From Chrysomallon squamiferum (taxonomy: Eukaryota; Animalia; Mollusca): a stretch of DNA of 64,000 bases. Below, in pieces: positions 1 through 13,253 of the stretch. The translations under genes were made by a program, and so were the position numbers. The stretch lies in contig CM022667.1 in NCBI GenBank assembly GCA_012295275.1, positions 22,382,001-22,446,000 of the forward strand. The letters run 5' to 3'. How positions within the stretch are numbered: position 1 is the stretch's first letter; each line of letters starts with the position of its first letter. The notes below the pieces were generated by a model. The model saw nothing but the letters and a program-made list of their open reading frames with translations, was not told the origin of the DNA and did no database searches.

Positions 1-1026
1 AATAATAATATAACAATATAACAGTAACAACAATGACAACGACAATAATAGAACTAATTAAAAATGTCTCGGTCATCTTCATAGATCTCCTGTCGGTGGT
101 GGTTATGATGGTGGCGTTGAATTCCAAAAAGAAGAGAATGAAAGGATTTGTATGCAGACAGACAAAGAGAGAACATTTATAAAAGAAGCACTCTTTACAC
201 ATAATTGTTACTTAAAATAGAGGTAGCGGAAATATCAATTCATTTGCTATTCATTCCTTTACAGATTTCTATAAAGTTACATACTTTGGAAGTAATATTT
301 AATTATTCCAGGTTTTAAATTTGTCTATACTAGTATTTGTAATAAATGGCTCTCTACTGGATTAACATTATGCCAATTTGTATTCCTTTAACTTCAGTCT
401 TTTTTAAGTAACACCCACACACATATAAAGGCAAAGTTTCATAACAAATGTTAATAGTAAATGCCAATTTAATAGCAATGTCAGTTTTAATATCTCTTGT
501 TGTGAGGATGGGGGTTACAAGTCGAAGAGTCACAAGTATAGTTAATAAACCACTTCTTCTATTGTTAATGAAGAATCAATTTCTGCTGGTGCCGAGTTCC
601 AGTAAATGTCTAAATGAGGTCATAAAAGCTGTTTCATGTGAAAGCCTCAAAACAAAAAATCTTAACTAATTGATGTCAATTATTTAAATGAAAGCAGAAG
701 AGAAGATGGAGTTAAGGCGCCTGGCAGAATTACATTACCTTTGTTACTGTTAATTTATGGAATTCAGAAAACCATCACAAAAATGTCGTCAGCAAAGAAA
801 TATAATTTATACACTGTCTGAAATTTGGAACCAATTACATCGTTAATCCGAGGTATTACTGTAGTATGGATATCGCTTATGCACATGAAAATATCGAAAT
901 GGTCCATATACTGAATGTAAAATTTTCTCTGTGATGCATGTTTAATGAAATGTGTTTCTAATCCACCATAAACATTTTGATTTTTTTTTGTTGTTGTTTT
1001 TCTTTATTTCTTATATAAAAGGACTT

Positions 1027-1252
1027 TAAAATGTACGTTTTTAACCACTATTATGTATGCCGGCAGAGTGATTAAAAATCTTCAATGCATCACTTTCCAA
1101 TACATGTGTAAAATGAGAAATATAAACATACATCATATCATTAAAAAAAAAAAAAAAAATTAAAATGTATGTTTTAACCACTATTATTATGTATGCTGGT
1201 ACAGTGATTTCAATGCATCACTTTCCAATACGTGTAAAATAAGAAATATAAA
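1027..1252. repeat. Imperfect tandem duplication (about 100 bp x2) separated by a poly(A) tract
   Basis: TTTTAACCACTATTAT..TTCAATGCATCACTTTCCAATAC..AGAAATATAAA at about 1027-1126 and about 1162-1252. Confidence 0.85.
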
Positions 1253-1919
1253 TATTTTTCCTTATCACTTGAGTCAAGAAAGATTAGTTCACAATATCTT
1301 TTTTTTTAAAGAGAAACACAGCTGATATCTTGTTATTACATGATTAAACTGCATATTACTAATAATTTGTATTTCTTTAAACAAAAATTAGTGTTTAGTA
1401 ACCAAAACGTTTATCTCAGTTGTAATGTTGATCGCATGTCTGATGCCTGACCCTCATTAAATTAACTTTTTTCATAAGAACAATTAAGCATTAACTTGGC
1501 TAATAGTTGTGCTAGTTGGAGTTTCAGCACAACCCTCAAAAAAATAAAATAAAAATTTAAAAAAAAAAAAACAACCCAAAACCAAACAATTTCAGATAAA
1601 TGTAAATGTGATTTGAAGTTAATTGAATAACCATAACACCTAAAACTGATCTGAGCTGTGCATGGTTTCCATAGTTCCCATAATATTATAGTTATGAGCT
1701 GGCCAAGGTTTGGACCTGTGCTTTAAAGTTTTAGGTATCTTAGCATGTTTGTTAATCTAGCCATCATGTAGTGCACCATGCCAAAAACAATCAGTCCTGA
1801 AAAAGTTTATGTCATGTATACTAAGGCACTTCTTAAAAGAGTTCATTGACACATTACAGTTTCCACACTTTGATGTTGTGTGCTGTTCCACACAATCCAG
1901 GACGTGTTGGTTTTCAGGC

Positions 1920-2470
1920 TGTCTGACCAGTCTGACCAGTCTCAACAAACGCAGTGAACTTCTTGGTATTTTTGACAAAGTGGTTGAGGTGCTTCCCTGG
2001 CAATCTGCTCGTTTATTTCCAGTTTATTAGTGCTTGTCTACATTTTAAAATGTCTATAAACTTCCAGAAGTTCAGATGGTAGGTGCCAATGTTTGACTGG
2101 AAGCAACTGTGCCACTATTCCACAAAGTTTTTAGTCTGTACTAAATTATTTTCCAATTGCTGGTGAAACTTCCACATGCCAACATTGTAATGTGGATCAT
2201 ATCTGCAACAAGCTCTGCCATACTGGCAACTCTTGAAGTTGTCCTCAAAGTACTGCGGTATTTGTAATATAGTCATCATCATCAGCTTCTGATAGTGCTT
2301 CAAAAGCTGCCGTTACTTCATGCACTGGAATGAATGCAATTGCAGCTATCTGACAGATCAGTAAAGCAAACTCTTCATCAGTATTGTAATGAATTGCCAG
2401 ACATGGTGCCAGATGAAAGAAGCGTCCAGTCACATTACAGTTTAACTTCACAGACATGTTGCCTTCTTTC
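1920..2470 (-). mobile_element. Decayed Mutator-like (MULE) transposase fragment
   Basis: Frameshifted translation VTGRFFHLAPCL..YNTDEEFALLICQIAAIAFIP..AFEAL..YFEDNF..MWKFH..QTKNFVE*WH..HLNFWKFIDIL resembles the MULE motifs GCxFH, LAFVP, YFE, RTNNxxEGWH and IWKFI. Repeated subterminal-like motifs at 2522-2670. Confidence 0.75.
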
Positions 2471-3464
2471 TAAAGGCATGACCTTACATACTGTTGCCAA
2501 ATCAAAGCAATCTTTAGCATTTAATTAGCCTGAATTAGTTATTAGCTGACTCTAGTTAGCTTTGATGTTAGATGATATTTTATACAACGTTTTAGCAGAT
2601 CAAAGTGCTCCAAATGCCTTTACTCAAGTTTAATTAGTAATTAGCTGACTCTAGTTAGCTTTGACTAATTTAATGGAATTAGTAATCCAAATGCCTTTAA
2701 TCAACTTTAATGTAACACTTTGACTAATTTATTGGAATTTTGCTTAAAAATCATTCTGAAAAGTATATTTGAAGAAAAATGGAGGGGGGTGCAGTTGTCT
2801 TGAAACCCTGAATTGTATATATGACTGCATTTATTATACATATACAATCACACAAAAACACACCATCATGGTTAACTATGGAACAACATTCATAATAGGC
2901 TTTTATGAATTAACATTTAATTTCTGTGTAATGTTGAACTAGACCTTTAGAAGCTTCTCTCTAACCTGTTGAGTTAGGCTATTTCTTAATTTGGGCCCAG
3001 TTTAGCTATCAGCTTTAGAAGGGGGCCTCCAAAGTGGTCAATGGGACTATTCAATAGGTCATAAGGGTGTAGACAACTTTGGGCTTGAAACAAACTGATA
3101 ATAATTTATTATTAGCTGGAATCATAAGGTAATGGACAGTTGTAATACCTGCTTTCACATAAAAGAAGTGACCTTAAATGTTGATATGCTTTGTTTTAAA
3201 AAAAATACTTGGTCAACATATTGACTAAGTTATTCATCATAAGCTAAACTTTTTTTTAAAGTATGTAATGGAAATCTGTGTTGTGGCAATTCTGAACTTA
3301 GTATCCCAGCTCATCGTGTCTGAGAGCCAACCATCCAGAGACAGCAAGTGCATACTTAAAACCTATAGCTATCAGAGTCGTGTCAGTGAACTAATAGCTG
3401 TATGTTTACTGTTAAAATTTGCCACGTTTCTGGTGAGAACAAAGCCAGTTGCTAATGCTTAGAA

Positions 3465-3790
3465 AAGGTGAAGACAACATTGACAACAGCATTTAAAATT
3501 TGGATTCTTACCTTCATTTACTAATGAAACATTACCGGAGTGCCTGCTATGCAAAAAAGTTTCAGTAATGAAAAACCAAAGTTTCACTCTGATAAGAAAA
3601 ACAAAAATCTTAATTTTTCTTAAATGCTGAAAGAAAAACTCAGAAATCAGCCAAATTTAATGCCATTTTTTCAAAGCATCATGCTGATAAACAAGGAAAA
3701 CTGACAAAGTCATAAAGTATCTCCCTTATCCTATGTTATCTTAGCAAAAAAAAGGAAAATTGGATAACATTGGTGAAGAGATCATAATAG
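3465..3790 (+). mobile_element. Decayed hAT (Charlie/Buster, ZBED5/SCAND3-like) transposase N-terminal fragment
   Basis: LKFGFLPSFTNETLPECLLCKKV(fs)SNE and AKKGKLDNIGEEII resemble YLKYGF..P.CLIC..VFSNEAMKP and AKxGKPHTIGEELI of this family; stops and frameshifts present. Confidence 0.6.
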
Positions 3791-5005
3791 GAGCAATTAG
3801 AGATTCTGAAACCTATTTCAAAATGGTGCAAATATATTGGCAATGATGCATTGATGAAATGGCCGATGATGTGGTGAGGAAAAAATTCACATTTGAGCTT
3901 CAACATTGCAAGTTTTATATTCACCTCATGGCAGTTTAAATATTTTCATGGCATTTGTGTTCTTTGATTTAAGCTATAGTGCTTGTTTTAAAAAGAAAAA
4001 AAGGAAGAAAGAAAAACAGAAAAATAATGTTGATGTTGATGATGATAAAATTTACAAAACTGTCATCACTTAGTTGGCTATATGGTGCTGACGATGGAGC
4101 TTGATACACCTAATGGATGTAGGTCTTTTAAAAGAGGAAAATAAATTAAATTTTGTGTAATGTTGAACTAGAATTTATCTGTATCCTATCATTAATTTCA
4201 TTTGTTAATAAAGAAATAGAAGTGAAATGTCAGTAATATTAAAAACATGCTTAGGTATATGAAATCCTGCTAACAATACAAACCTGCTTAAAATGTCTAC
4301 TGGCTCACCAAAGGGATCCATTGGCTCAATCTTTCTATTCTGAAAATAAGAAACCTTTATATCAATTTGTTTATCATCCTATATAGATATTTTATTTCAG
4401 TCATTTTATAACTTCAGAAAATTTGGAATTATTGGTAATATGTCTTTTCTATTTTAATTTTAATGTAAACAGATTTAAGAAATATATTTTCTTTTATCAG
4501 TATTCTTTTTCTTCAGGTAAAACATCAAAACTTTGAACTATTTTTGGATTATAAATATAGTGTGAATGATTTTTGAACTTGTTAATTTTAGGAATAATGT
4601 GGAAATTAACCCAGATATGCTGAAACCTGAAGATACTGGTAATACTTAAACAATATTTATATAAATGTTGGTATCCACATTTAAAAGATTTGTGAGAAAA
4701 AGCATGATGAAAATTGAGAAATATAAACTTAAGATAATGAGCAAAGCATGCTAAAATCATTTCTACGATAAACAATTAGAGATGAAGGACGTCATAGAAT
4801 AAAGCTGAAGCCAAAGTTGAAGTCAGTTATGTTGATCATCATCACAACCATTTCATTCTGATTATAAATAAAATAAAAAAATAAACATGGTTTGAATTGT
4901 ATATTTCGTGATTGCAACTGTCTAGGTATATTCTGCATACATCAGCTTTTTTTTGACCAGTCCTAATGGACAAGTCAATGTAAAAACAAGAATTAGTGGG
5001 TTGGC

Positions 5006-5844
5006 ATTTCCATAGTATAAAATATAAATTCATATTTGTTCACAGTATGATTATGTTGACCAGTATTGAAGAGAAAGTGTAAAACCCATCACAACCTAAA
5101 ATGTCTAACATTGCTGCTGTTTATAATAAATAAATAACTAAAGACAAATTCTTAATATTAAATTAGCAAATGCTTGAACATTTATGAAATATATAATAAT
5201 AAATAAGTAAATAAACTAACATATTATTAAATATTTAAAAATAAATAATTGGTAACATTTATTACAAATAAATATAAATGTAAGCTGCAGCTCCATTTTT
5301 ATTTATTTGAAATTCATGTTAATAAGATTTATTATCCCATATTCAATTTATTTGTTAATAATTATATAACAACAAACACATTATTATCACATTTTTATTT
5401 TTGAGGGAATGTTTCTTTCAAAATTTAGACACCAGTGTTTACACCATATAAGAAGACAGATATTGATTAGGATTTATAAAACTCAAATTATTATTTTTTT
5501 CATGATATTTATATGCTGTGTTACATAATGTAATGAAGATAACAGTTAAGTAACACAGATTCAGTGTGCATTGTTAGTTTTATGGCATTACAACCAGTTT
5601 GACATAATTGCATTCCTGTAATGTGTTTGAATCAATGTTATATACATATCTGAAACAAAAACCCAAATATATCTTTTAAATGTTCTATAAACTGGATGCA
5701 GTCATAACCTTTTACATTAAATGATCTACAGTTAAGTAGCTCATGTTTAATCACCACTACAAGAATGGAATATATCTCAAGAATCATTTGTAGAGATTTC
5801 CATAGTATAAAATATAAATTCATATTTGTTCAGAGTAAGATTAT
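5006..5844. repeat. 49-bp direct repeat pair (5006-5054, 5796-5844)
   Basis: ATTTCCATAGTATAAAATATAAATTCATATTTGTTCA.AGTA.GATTAT, 2 mismatches. Confidence 0.85.
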
Positions 5845-7787
5845 CACACACATACACATACATATGCACAAAAACACACATTCTTGCTGCATGATTACAT
5901 AAATAAATTAAAAAAAAACTAAAAAAAAACTATAATAATACTGAATATTTATAATATTAATGAAGCCTTGCAGGGTTAACAGAGGCCATAATTTGAAAAA
6001 CAGCAGAGTATGGGACCTTGTTTTAAACAGAATGTTACATGAACTGAGGACACATTTTTTTAATTGTTCAATTAAATTTCCAGAAAGAGAAACACAATAA
6101 ATGATGATGTCCATTGGAAAAAAATAACAGAAATATCAGATAAAAAATTTCAAACATGAAAGGATGAGTTTCCAAGGTATTCAAACATTCATCATACAAA
6201 GAAATAATTGTAACACATTAAGTTAATAATTGTAACACAAAGTGATCTGAAAATTCGTACTAGACATACAATGGAAATCTAATTATTTTGAATGTTTTCA
6301 GAATCAGTAAGAAATGTTTATTATTATTAAAGTGGAATGCAGTTTAGATATTTATTTGCAAATCAATTGATAATCAAAGTAATATAACATACTAAATCTC
6401 TACCTCCTTAAGATTGTATGTTCAAAAGTTATTTGTTTCTCATTTTTAATGTGTGATACCACTGAGTGTTCACCAGTCCACAAGAAAAAAAATCAAGTAT
6501 ATACTGAACTCATAAATGAGTGAGGATGAATGTAGTTGAAATTATAATAAAAACACCAATTGCTTGGTTATTATTCTTGATATAATCAAAAATCACAATG
6601 TTTTTTGTTGCTCTGCAATGATAAACAAATTATAATACATTACTATTTATGCAAATAACATATTACTCTTTCTAAACCATCATTCTTTATCATAGTTTTA
6701 TAATTAAAAGCAACTTTGAAAATATTCAGTATAGTATTTTTAATTTAACCCCTTATTAATTAAATTCAAAATGAAAAAGTCTGAAACTGGAAACCTCAAA
6801 ATCTAGAATAAAAGTCTTAAGACAATAGGTTAAGATGTTAATCAATAGGTGAAATTAAAACAACTTCCTTTTCACTTATTTCAGAAGATCAGTTCAACAC
6901 ATTCTTAGAAGTTTCTTGTAAAAGATATTACATGTTTTTCCCAGGACTAGGAGATAATCCTTTTAAATACAAATCAACTTGAAATGAACTGATATTCTGC
7001 TATAAGTAATGTCTTGTATGAAGTTTAATAAGTGAATCAGTAAAATGTTTCAAAATATTTGATACATCCTGTATTATAACAGCATATGGTTTAAAAATGA
7101 GGAAATGTAATAGATAATTAAGTCTGAATTAATATCAGATCTGTTCTAACAGTTGATATAGTTATTTAATATTTACTATTATTATGCATTGGTATCTATT
7201 ATAGTAACAATAAATGTCAAATAAAATTAAGCAGACTGATTAATTTATCTTTCAAGGGGGAGACATAAATATCAGAATTTACCTAGTAATTATTCAGCGT
7301 GAGAACAAAGCTTGTTAATAATTGTTTTAATATATAGTTATTATTACACAGTGTGATGATGATGTTTACATTTGAATTAAAATTACATTTCAAAGACATT
7401 TTTAAATGTCTTGTTCCTTGTTTTCTAAAGACAAAGTAATCTATCTTATTCTATAATGCACCACTTGATAGGTTTTCATTGTGCACCACCAAAAAGTTAT
7501 ATTCCTATAGTGTTTTACTAACAAACATTTTTTCAAGTATAAATTATTTTTAATCTAAATGTTAAATCTTTCATTATGGAAAGACTTGCCTCTTTAATGT
7601 GAAGAGAATTCTTCTAAAATAATTGTCTCATTGTTATTAAGCTACTGCGAATGAATACTAACTCTTATAATGTTGCTGTAATAATCCAACAAACACCTCC
7701 ATGCCTCTCTTCCTTGAAATATGCAATAGCAAAACTCACTGTACAGATTAGATTTAAAAATGGCACAAATAGAAGAAATAACTGGTG

Positions 7788-7970
7788 TTAGCTTTTCACA
7801 GCCACTAATATTATAATCAGCAATACAATAATACAAGTCAAAATAATAACTATCAGCATCTTTCGATTCTTTTTCTGGTATTTATGTGCCTTCTGCAGCT
7901 GTTTCAATCCTTTGTCTACCTGAACACTGGCATGTTCAATGTTGTAATCAATACGATCTAGAATTGTTCC
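7788..7970 (-). CDS. STX16: STX16 exon 8 (SNARE end, TM anchor, stop)
   Basis: [12 protein letters not shown]...[24 protein letters not shown]. Confidence 0.95.
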   Translation of the reverse strand, partial: GTILDRIDYNIEHASVQVDKGLKQLQKAHKYQKKNRKMLIVIILTCIIVLLIIILVAVKS

Positions 7971-10900
7971 CTGTAACCAAAAAAGAAAAAAGAACAAAAA
8001 ATGCATTTGTATAAAACACAGCCAATAACTTATTATTTATTAACATCATTATAATTTAATTTCTTAAAAGCTGTTTAAAAAAAAAAAAAAAAAAAAAGGT
8101 TCTGTTTATAAAAAATATAATAATAATGATTTTTCCAAAATTATGAACTTAATATTTTATTTGTTTTTAAACAGACCCAGTGAAAAGTTTATTTTTAAAA
8201 ATTAAAAGAAGAATATATAAATACAAACTATTAGTCAGTGTACATGTTAATTATAATAAGAAAAATACTTGATATATAAAATAATATTTTTGTAATATGT
8301 ACAAACAACTTAAATGCATATTTCTTATGACCTGTCTTTGCTAATGATAAAATACCACAATATAATAACAGCCTTATGATACTGGCAATCTTCATTTATT
8401 TTTGAGGTTATTTCACATCAAGTAAATAAGTGAAAAATTTATAACAGATTTCTTTCACATTTATATTTAAATTTCACTTGTACTTACCTGATCAACTATC
8501 ATTGTTGAAAGATCTTTAAAGATTTCATTAAGATCAAGTATAGATTTGACAATCTGATTAATTTCTTGACTCCGCTGTTTTATTGTTGTGGTATTGTCAT
8601 CAACCATTTGAAGCTGAGCCTGAGTAAAACCCTGAAATTATAATATGAAGTGAATGAATGAACAAATGAATTGATACAGAGTAAAATGTTAATTAATCAC
8701 TCCACAATTTAATTAGTTAAAATAAAAAGAAACTGTCTGAACATAAGTTCTATGAAATAAAACATTTACATAGCCAAAGTAAAAGTAAATAAATAATATT
8801 ATAGGCTTGTAAACTTATATTTCAAACAGCACAGACTATTGGTTCTTGTATTAAATAACTAAAGCCAGTTATGAAAACAGGCATCTAGATACCTACCAAA
8901 AAAAACTACAGCTGCTTGTTTTTACTATAGTTCAAGTTAGTGTTTATAATATTAACATTTCTTTTCCAGACAATATGTGTATAATGAATGAAGTAATAAA
9001 TGCAGTGAACATTTTTCAAACTGTTTATTTATCACAGAACACTGAACTGGAAATTACTATTATCTAAAATATTTAATGAAAGTATGAAATGATAGGCATT
9101 CTATTCTCACCTTGTCATACATGTCATCATCTGCAATATTAACCTCCTCCATAAGCCCTAAGTCAATACCTGTATCAAAATACTGCTTTGATCTCTCTTC
9201 ACGACTCTGAAGGCCTGTTAAGCAAAAAATACTTCATGTCTAAAATTATTTAATTTATAAATAACATTATATGTATATATATGTTTTTACATAGAAATTG
9301 TCTTTATTTCTTCTTTTGATGCATTTCCTTTAACTCAGTTTAATTTATTCTATTATTATTTTATTTTGTGTAGTTTGGTAATTTTTAACTTACGTCTTAA
9401 ATAATTAGATTGACTTTTTCTGAAGTTAATTGACATTTCTTGTATTGTTCTTGCTAAAGATGAAACAATGTTGTGAGAAAGTCTTTTTTCTTGATCTGAT
9501 CCTCGAAAACTTTTTGAACTTATTTGGTGTACAAGTCGCTGACACCGTGAAAACATCTGAGAAATGAAAATGAAAATATTTTAAGATAACAGTAAATAAA
9601 TTATTGAATATTTTTCAAATGGAATTTCATTGAATTTCAGTATTAACATTATTGTACATTTTTATATATTTTTATATATTTTAATAATTATCATACCTTT
9701 ATATTGTATTATCATGATTATTCTTATACAGCAATGAACAAAAAACAGTTATCATCACTACATTTTAGTTGTTTTCTGAATTATTTGACAGATGCTTTTA
9801 ATGTAATGATGATATGAAAAAGAATGTACTTAAAAACATTTTAAATCTGATCACGTGCCTACAGAACAAAACTTTATTACTTCAGGCTATTATGAGAAAC
9901 ATTTACACCATTAACTACAAATATTTCAGGCCTAATGTATAGTGGAGAGAAAAAAAAAATGAAAATATGAGTCAGGTATTATTTTTTTTTTTTTCATAAT
10001 CAAGGGAGTACATCCACAGCCTTTAACAACTGTCTCTCACAGACTGATGGTGATTGAACAAAAAATGTTTCAGTTTGCATTTATTTTTGTGATTAACTCT
10101 TATTACTATTAATATTGTCATTAATGCAGATGAATAGTTACTTACTATATATTTCAATATTTATTTCCAATCTAAATATATATGATTAGATAAACACTAA
10201 ATATAAAAAGTACAAGAAAATATTTATAAATCTTAAAATTTTACTATACCTGTGTTACTTCTTGTGTCTGAATATGAATGGCATATTCCTCATCCATGCT
10301 GTCGTCAAGGGTTGGTCTGTTTAGATGTTTTGTGTGTAATGCAGATAATTCTTTCACTATGCAACAACACAAATAAAACATTCTTAATAATTACAATGAA
10401 ATAAAATGTCATTAAAATATTTTTAGATGTCCAAGTTAAGAACTGAATTAAAAAATAAATACTATTAACAATTTTATATATAACATTAAATATCTGAACT
10501 ATCTGTAAAAACAAATTCTAATTTAGTCAGTACTTTAATCATCAGATTAATTAAGTAAGAAAAATAATACTTTTTTGTTTTATTCTGGAGATGTCATACT
10601 GTATTTCTTCTACTCCGTCTACCCTGTAAAGAATATTATAATTATAAAATAACAAACAAATATCTTAAATAAATATTATTAGAACAAATACTCTAAATTA
10701 GATTTAAAATAAGGAAACAATAATTATCATACCTTTATATTGTATTAACATTATTCTAATACCGTAATTAACAAAAAACAGTTATTATCACTATATTTTA
10801 GTTGTTTTCTGAGCTATTTGAAATGTGATTTTAATGTTAAAAAAAGAATAATTAAATAATAATAAATTAAATTAAATTAAAATAATAGTACAAACAAATT

Positions 10901-11441
10901 TAAAAAGGTATAATGGTAATAACAATATTCAAACATACCAATCAGGAGGAAGCTTTGATGACTTTGTTGATGCAATTCCTAATTCTGGATCAACACAAGC
11001 TCCAGACATGAGAGCAACCCTGTCATCAGCAGTCTAGAAATGACAGGCAAATAACAAAAAAATATTTCAAGATTTTTTAGCATCATTTTATTGTATCATG
11101 CATTACCTGGTAGTTTTATTATGTCAATAGACAAGAATTGCTCCGTGGATATTTTCCTACACCTGACACACATTTAATGTAACTTGATTAACATAAACAT
11201 ATTTATATCACTAAGTGACATTTTTATTGTTATGACTCTTATGAGGTTCTGGACAAATCAGATATCGCTGTCTCAAAAATTCGAATGTCATGACACCGAC
11301 ACTGAGACAGCAGAATTATAACAAAGACTAAATTAGTAAATAAAATAATTGTAAACTCACTTGCTCTGAAAAAATATGCCTGCTCTGTAAAGCATTGTTT
11401 CGCATTAATATGAAAACTTCTGTCAAACTTCTGGTAGCCAT
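7788..11441 (-). CDS. STX16: Syntaxin-16 (Qa-SNARE, trans-Golgi), complete 8-exon CDS, about 309 aa
   Basis: Exons 11441-11361, 11033-10939, 10623-10571, 10356-10250, 9556-9394, 9214-9111, 8631-8488, 7970-7788 total 930 nt, all GT-AG with matching phases. N-terminus [16 protein letters not shown], Habc region, SNARE motif [31 protein letters not shown] and C-terminal TM helix match STX16 as I recall it. Confidence 0.96.
8488..8631 (-). CDS. STX16: STX16 exon 7 (SNARE motif)
   Basis: GFTQAQL...[23 protein letters not shown]. Confidence 0.94.
9111..9214 (-). CDS. STX16: STX16 exon 6
   Basis: [13 protein letters not shown]...DDMYDK. Confidence 0.92.
9394..9556 (-). CDS. STX16: STX16 exon 5
   Basis: MFSRCQRLV...[10 protein letters not shown]. 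Confidence 0.93.
10250..10356 (-). CDS. STX16: STX16 exon 4
   Basis: [23 protein letters not shown]...QEVTQ. Confidence 0.93.
10571..10623 (-). CDS. STX16: STX16 exon 3
   Basis: [17 protein letters not shown]. Confidence 0.92.
10939..11033 (-). CDS. STX16: STX16 exon 2
   Basis: [20 protein letters not shown]...PPDW; AG/GT flanks. Confidence 0.92.
11361..11441 (-). CDS. STX16: STX16 coding exon 1
   Basis: [27 protein letters not shown]; donor GTGAGT. Confidence 0.93.
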
Positions 11442-12021
11442 TCTTAACCCGTATTGTGGTTTTATGCGTGTCTGCAACAATAGTTAAGGCATTTTATCAT
11501 CTATTAGTAATAGTATTAGTTCTATTAAAATGTTAATTTCCAAAGAACGTCAACACACATCCATCCTAATTGCTTATTATCTCAAGCGGCAGCAAATGTC
11601 GCTTCTGTTCTTATGAGTAAAGTTCCGCATACAATTGCATTTAAAAAAAATAAAAAATAAAAAATAATAAAAAAATAAATAAATAAGTAAATAAATAAAT
11701 CCATTAACTGTTTTAACTCAAGCTCAGCTAGTCAAAGTTAAATAAAATAAAAATTCAAAATTCAGAGTTAAGAAAAGTAAACAAAAGCAACGATATATTT
11801 CTTAATTTCTTTTTTTATTCGTTATCGTTATCATAACACACACACACACACACACATAACATACATGGTCTTATTATTTTTATTTATTTATTATTATTTA
11901 TTATTATTATTATTATTATTATTTTTTTTTTTTTTGTTGTTGTTGTTATTATTGTTATTGTTGTGTTTTCTTTCCAGATAAATAGCATCGATGAAGTTAA
12001 ACATTCATATTTTTAAATTTA

Positions 12022-12057
<36 letters not shown>

Positions 12058-12498
12058 CGAAGGAGCAATTTAACGCACAAATTATTTGCTAGAACTCAAA
12101 TAAAAGTAATCAGACGTTTTTAAAAAAAAAAAAAAATTATCAAATAAATTTTGGGCTAATGTTGCGTTATTTATGTCTGTTAATTTCTTATATGCTATTA
12201 TTCATACTCGAGCATCAGCTATTTTGCCACTTTTATTGCGTATTATTCGATCAGATTTCTTTAGCATAAAAAGAAAATTTAAAAAATTTAAAAATACAAA
12301 GATAGGTACAACGATAGAAAAAAATTATGCACAAGGAAATTGTTTCTTGTATTATATATATTCTTTATAAACTTTTCAAGAATGTATAAAATGTCAAAAC
12401 TTAAAATATTTAAATAGCATTACATACATTTCTACTAATTAAACCAGTATGAGCGTATTATTTTATTTGATACCCATATTATCTCTTTAGTTACTAAT

Positions 12499-12540
<42 letters not shown>

Positions 12541-13253
12541 TATTTTAACTTTGTAAGATTCAAACGAATCGATTATATTAAAAGCAATATAGAACATACT
12601 ATCTGCGCCTTCGTGTTGTGATTGGTTAATTTTATCCAATACATAATGCTCTCTACGACCTGACGACAGCCCATGGTTACCGTTATGCACAAACTAGTTG
12701 TTAACTACAGATACAATATAGTTTGGAGATATCTAACTAAGCGAAACAGATTTGCGAAACCTTTTATACTGTTCTTGCGGGTCATTCAGGTAAATTACAT
12801 TAATGCAAAATGTGCTATGTTTCTTTTTTCTTTTCTTTTTTTTTCTTTTTGTTTGTTTATTATGTCTGAAATGCTCTATTTTTGTTTAGACTAGATGATG
12901 ATCAGTACGGTAATTTTAAATTATTCTGTTTTCGATGGATTGATGTTTTCGTTTTAAGAAAAATAGTGTTTAAATAACTAAAATTACAAAAGTAATTTTA
13001 ATAAAGTTTGGTCTGTTATTTTCTTATTATTTTAGCATAATGTCTGTATTAAGTGTTCCCAGTATATTAGCTTCAGTAAAATATGCATTACAGTGATAAT
13101 TCTTGTGAAAAAAACTGATGGCGTGGAGATATAGTCATATTTCACTTTCCATCATTTCATGAATTAAAAGAAAAATTTAATTACTTTCAATCAAAAGAAA
13201 AATACAAATGTTTTTTATTTAGTACAAATCAGTGTGTTTTCAGATCTTTCAGA
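11442..13253. promoter_or_regulatory. Divergent (bidirectional) promoter interval between STX16 and HYDIN, with probable non-coding HYDIN first exon ending at 12789
   Basis: Start codons point away from each other about 1.8 kb apart. CpG-containing patches at about 11545-11630 and about 12560-12790; ATTGG (12620) and CCAAT (12636); donor-like CAG|GTAAAT at 12789/12790; acceptors TTTCAG ending at 13243 and 13252 just before the HYDIN ATG. Confidence 0.65.
12500..12537. repeat. (AAT)n microsatellite in the promoter interval
   Basis: Direct reading. Confidence 0.9.

Larger units (their letters stand above)
9683..10836. repeat. About 120-bp direct repeat in two STX16 introns (9683-9803, 10719-10836)
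   Basis: ATAATTATCATACCTTTATATTGTATTA..AACAAAAAACAGTTAT..TTTTAGTTGTTTTCTGA in both. Confidence 0.85.

Noticed and set aside
448-669. 73-aa ORF and other short ORFs in 450-7700
   Set aside because: No recognisable homology or exon chain; probably intergenic DNA or STX16 3' UTR, whose end I cannot place.
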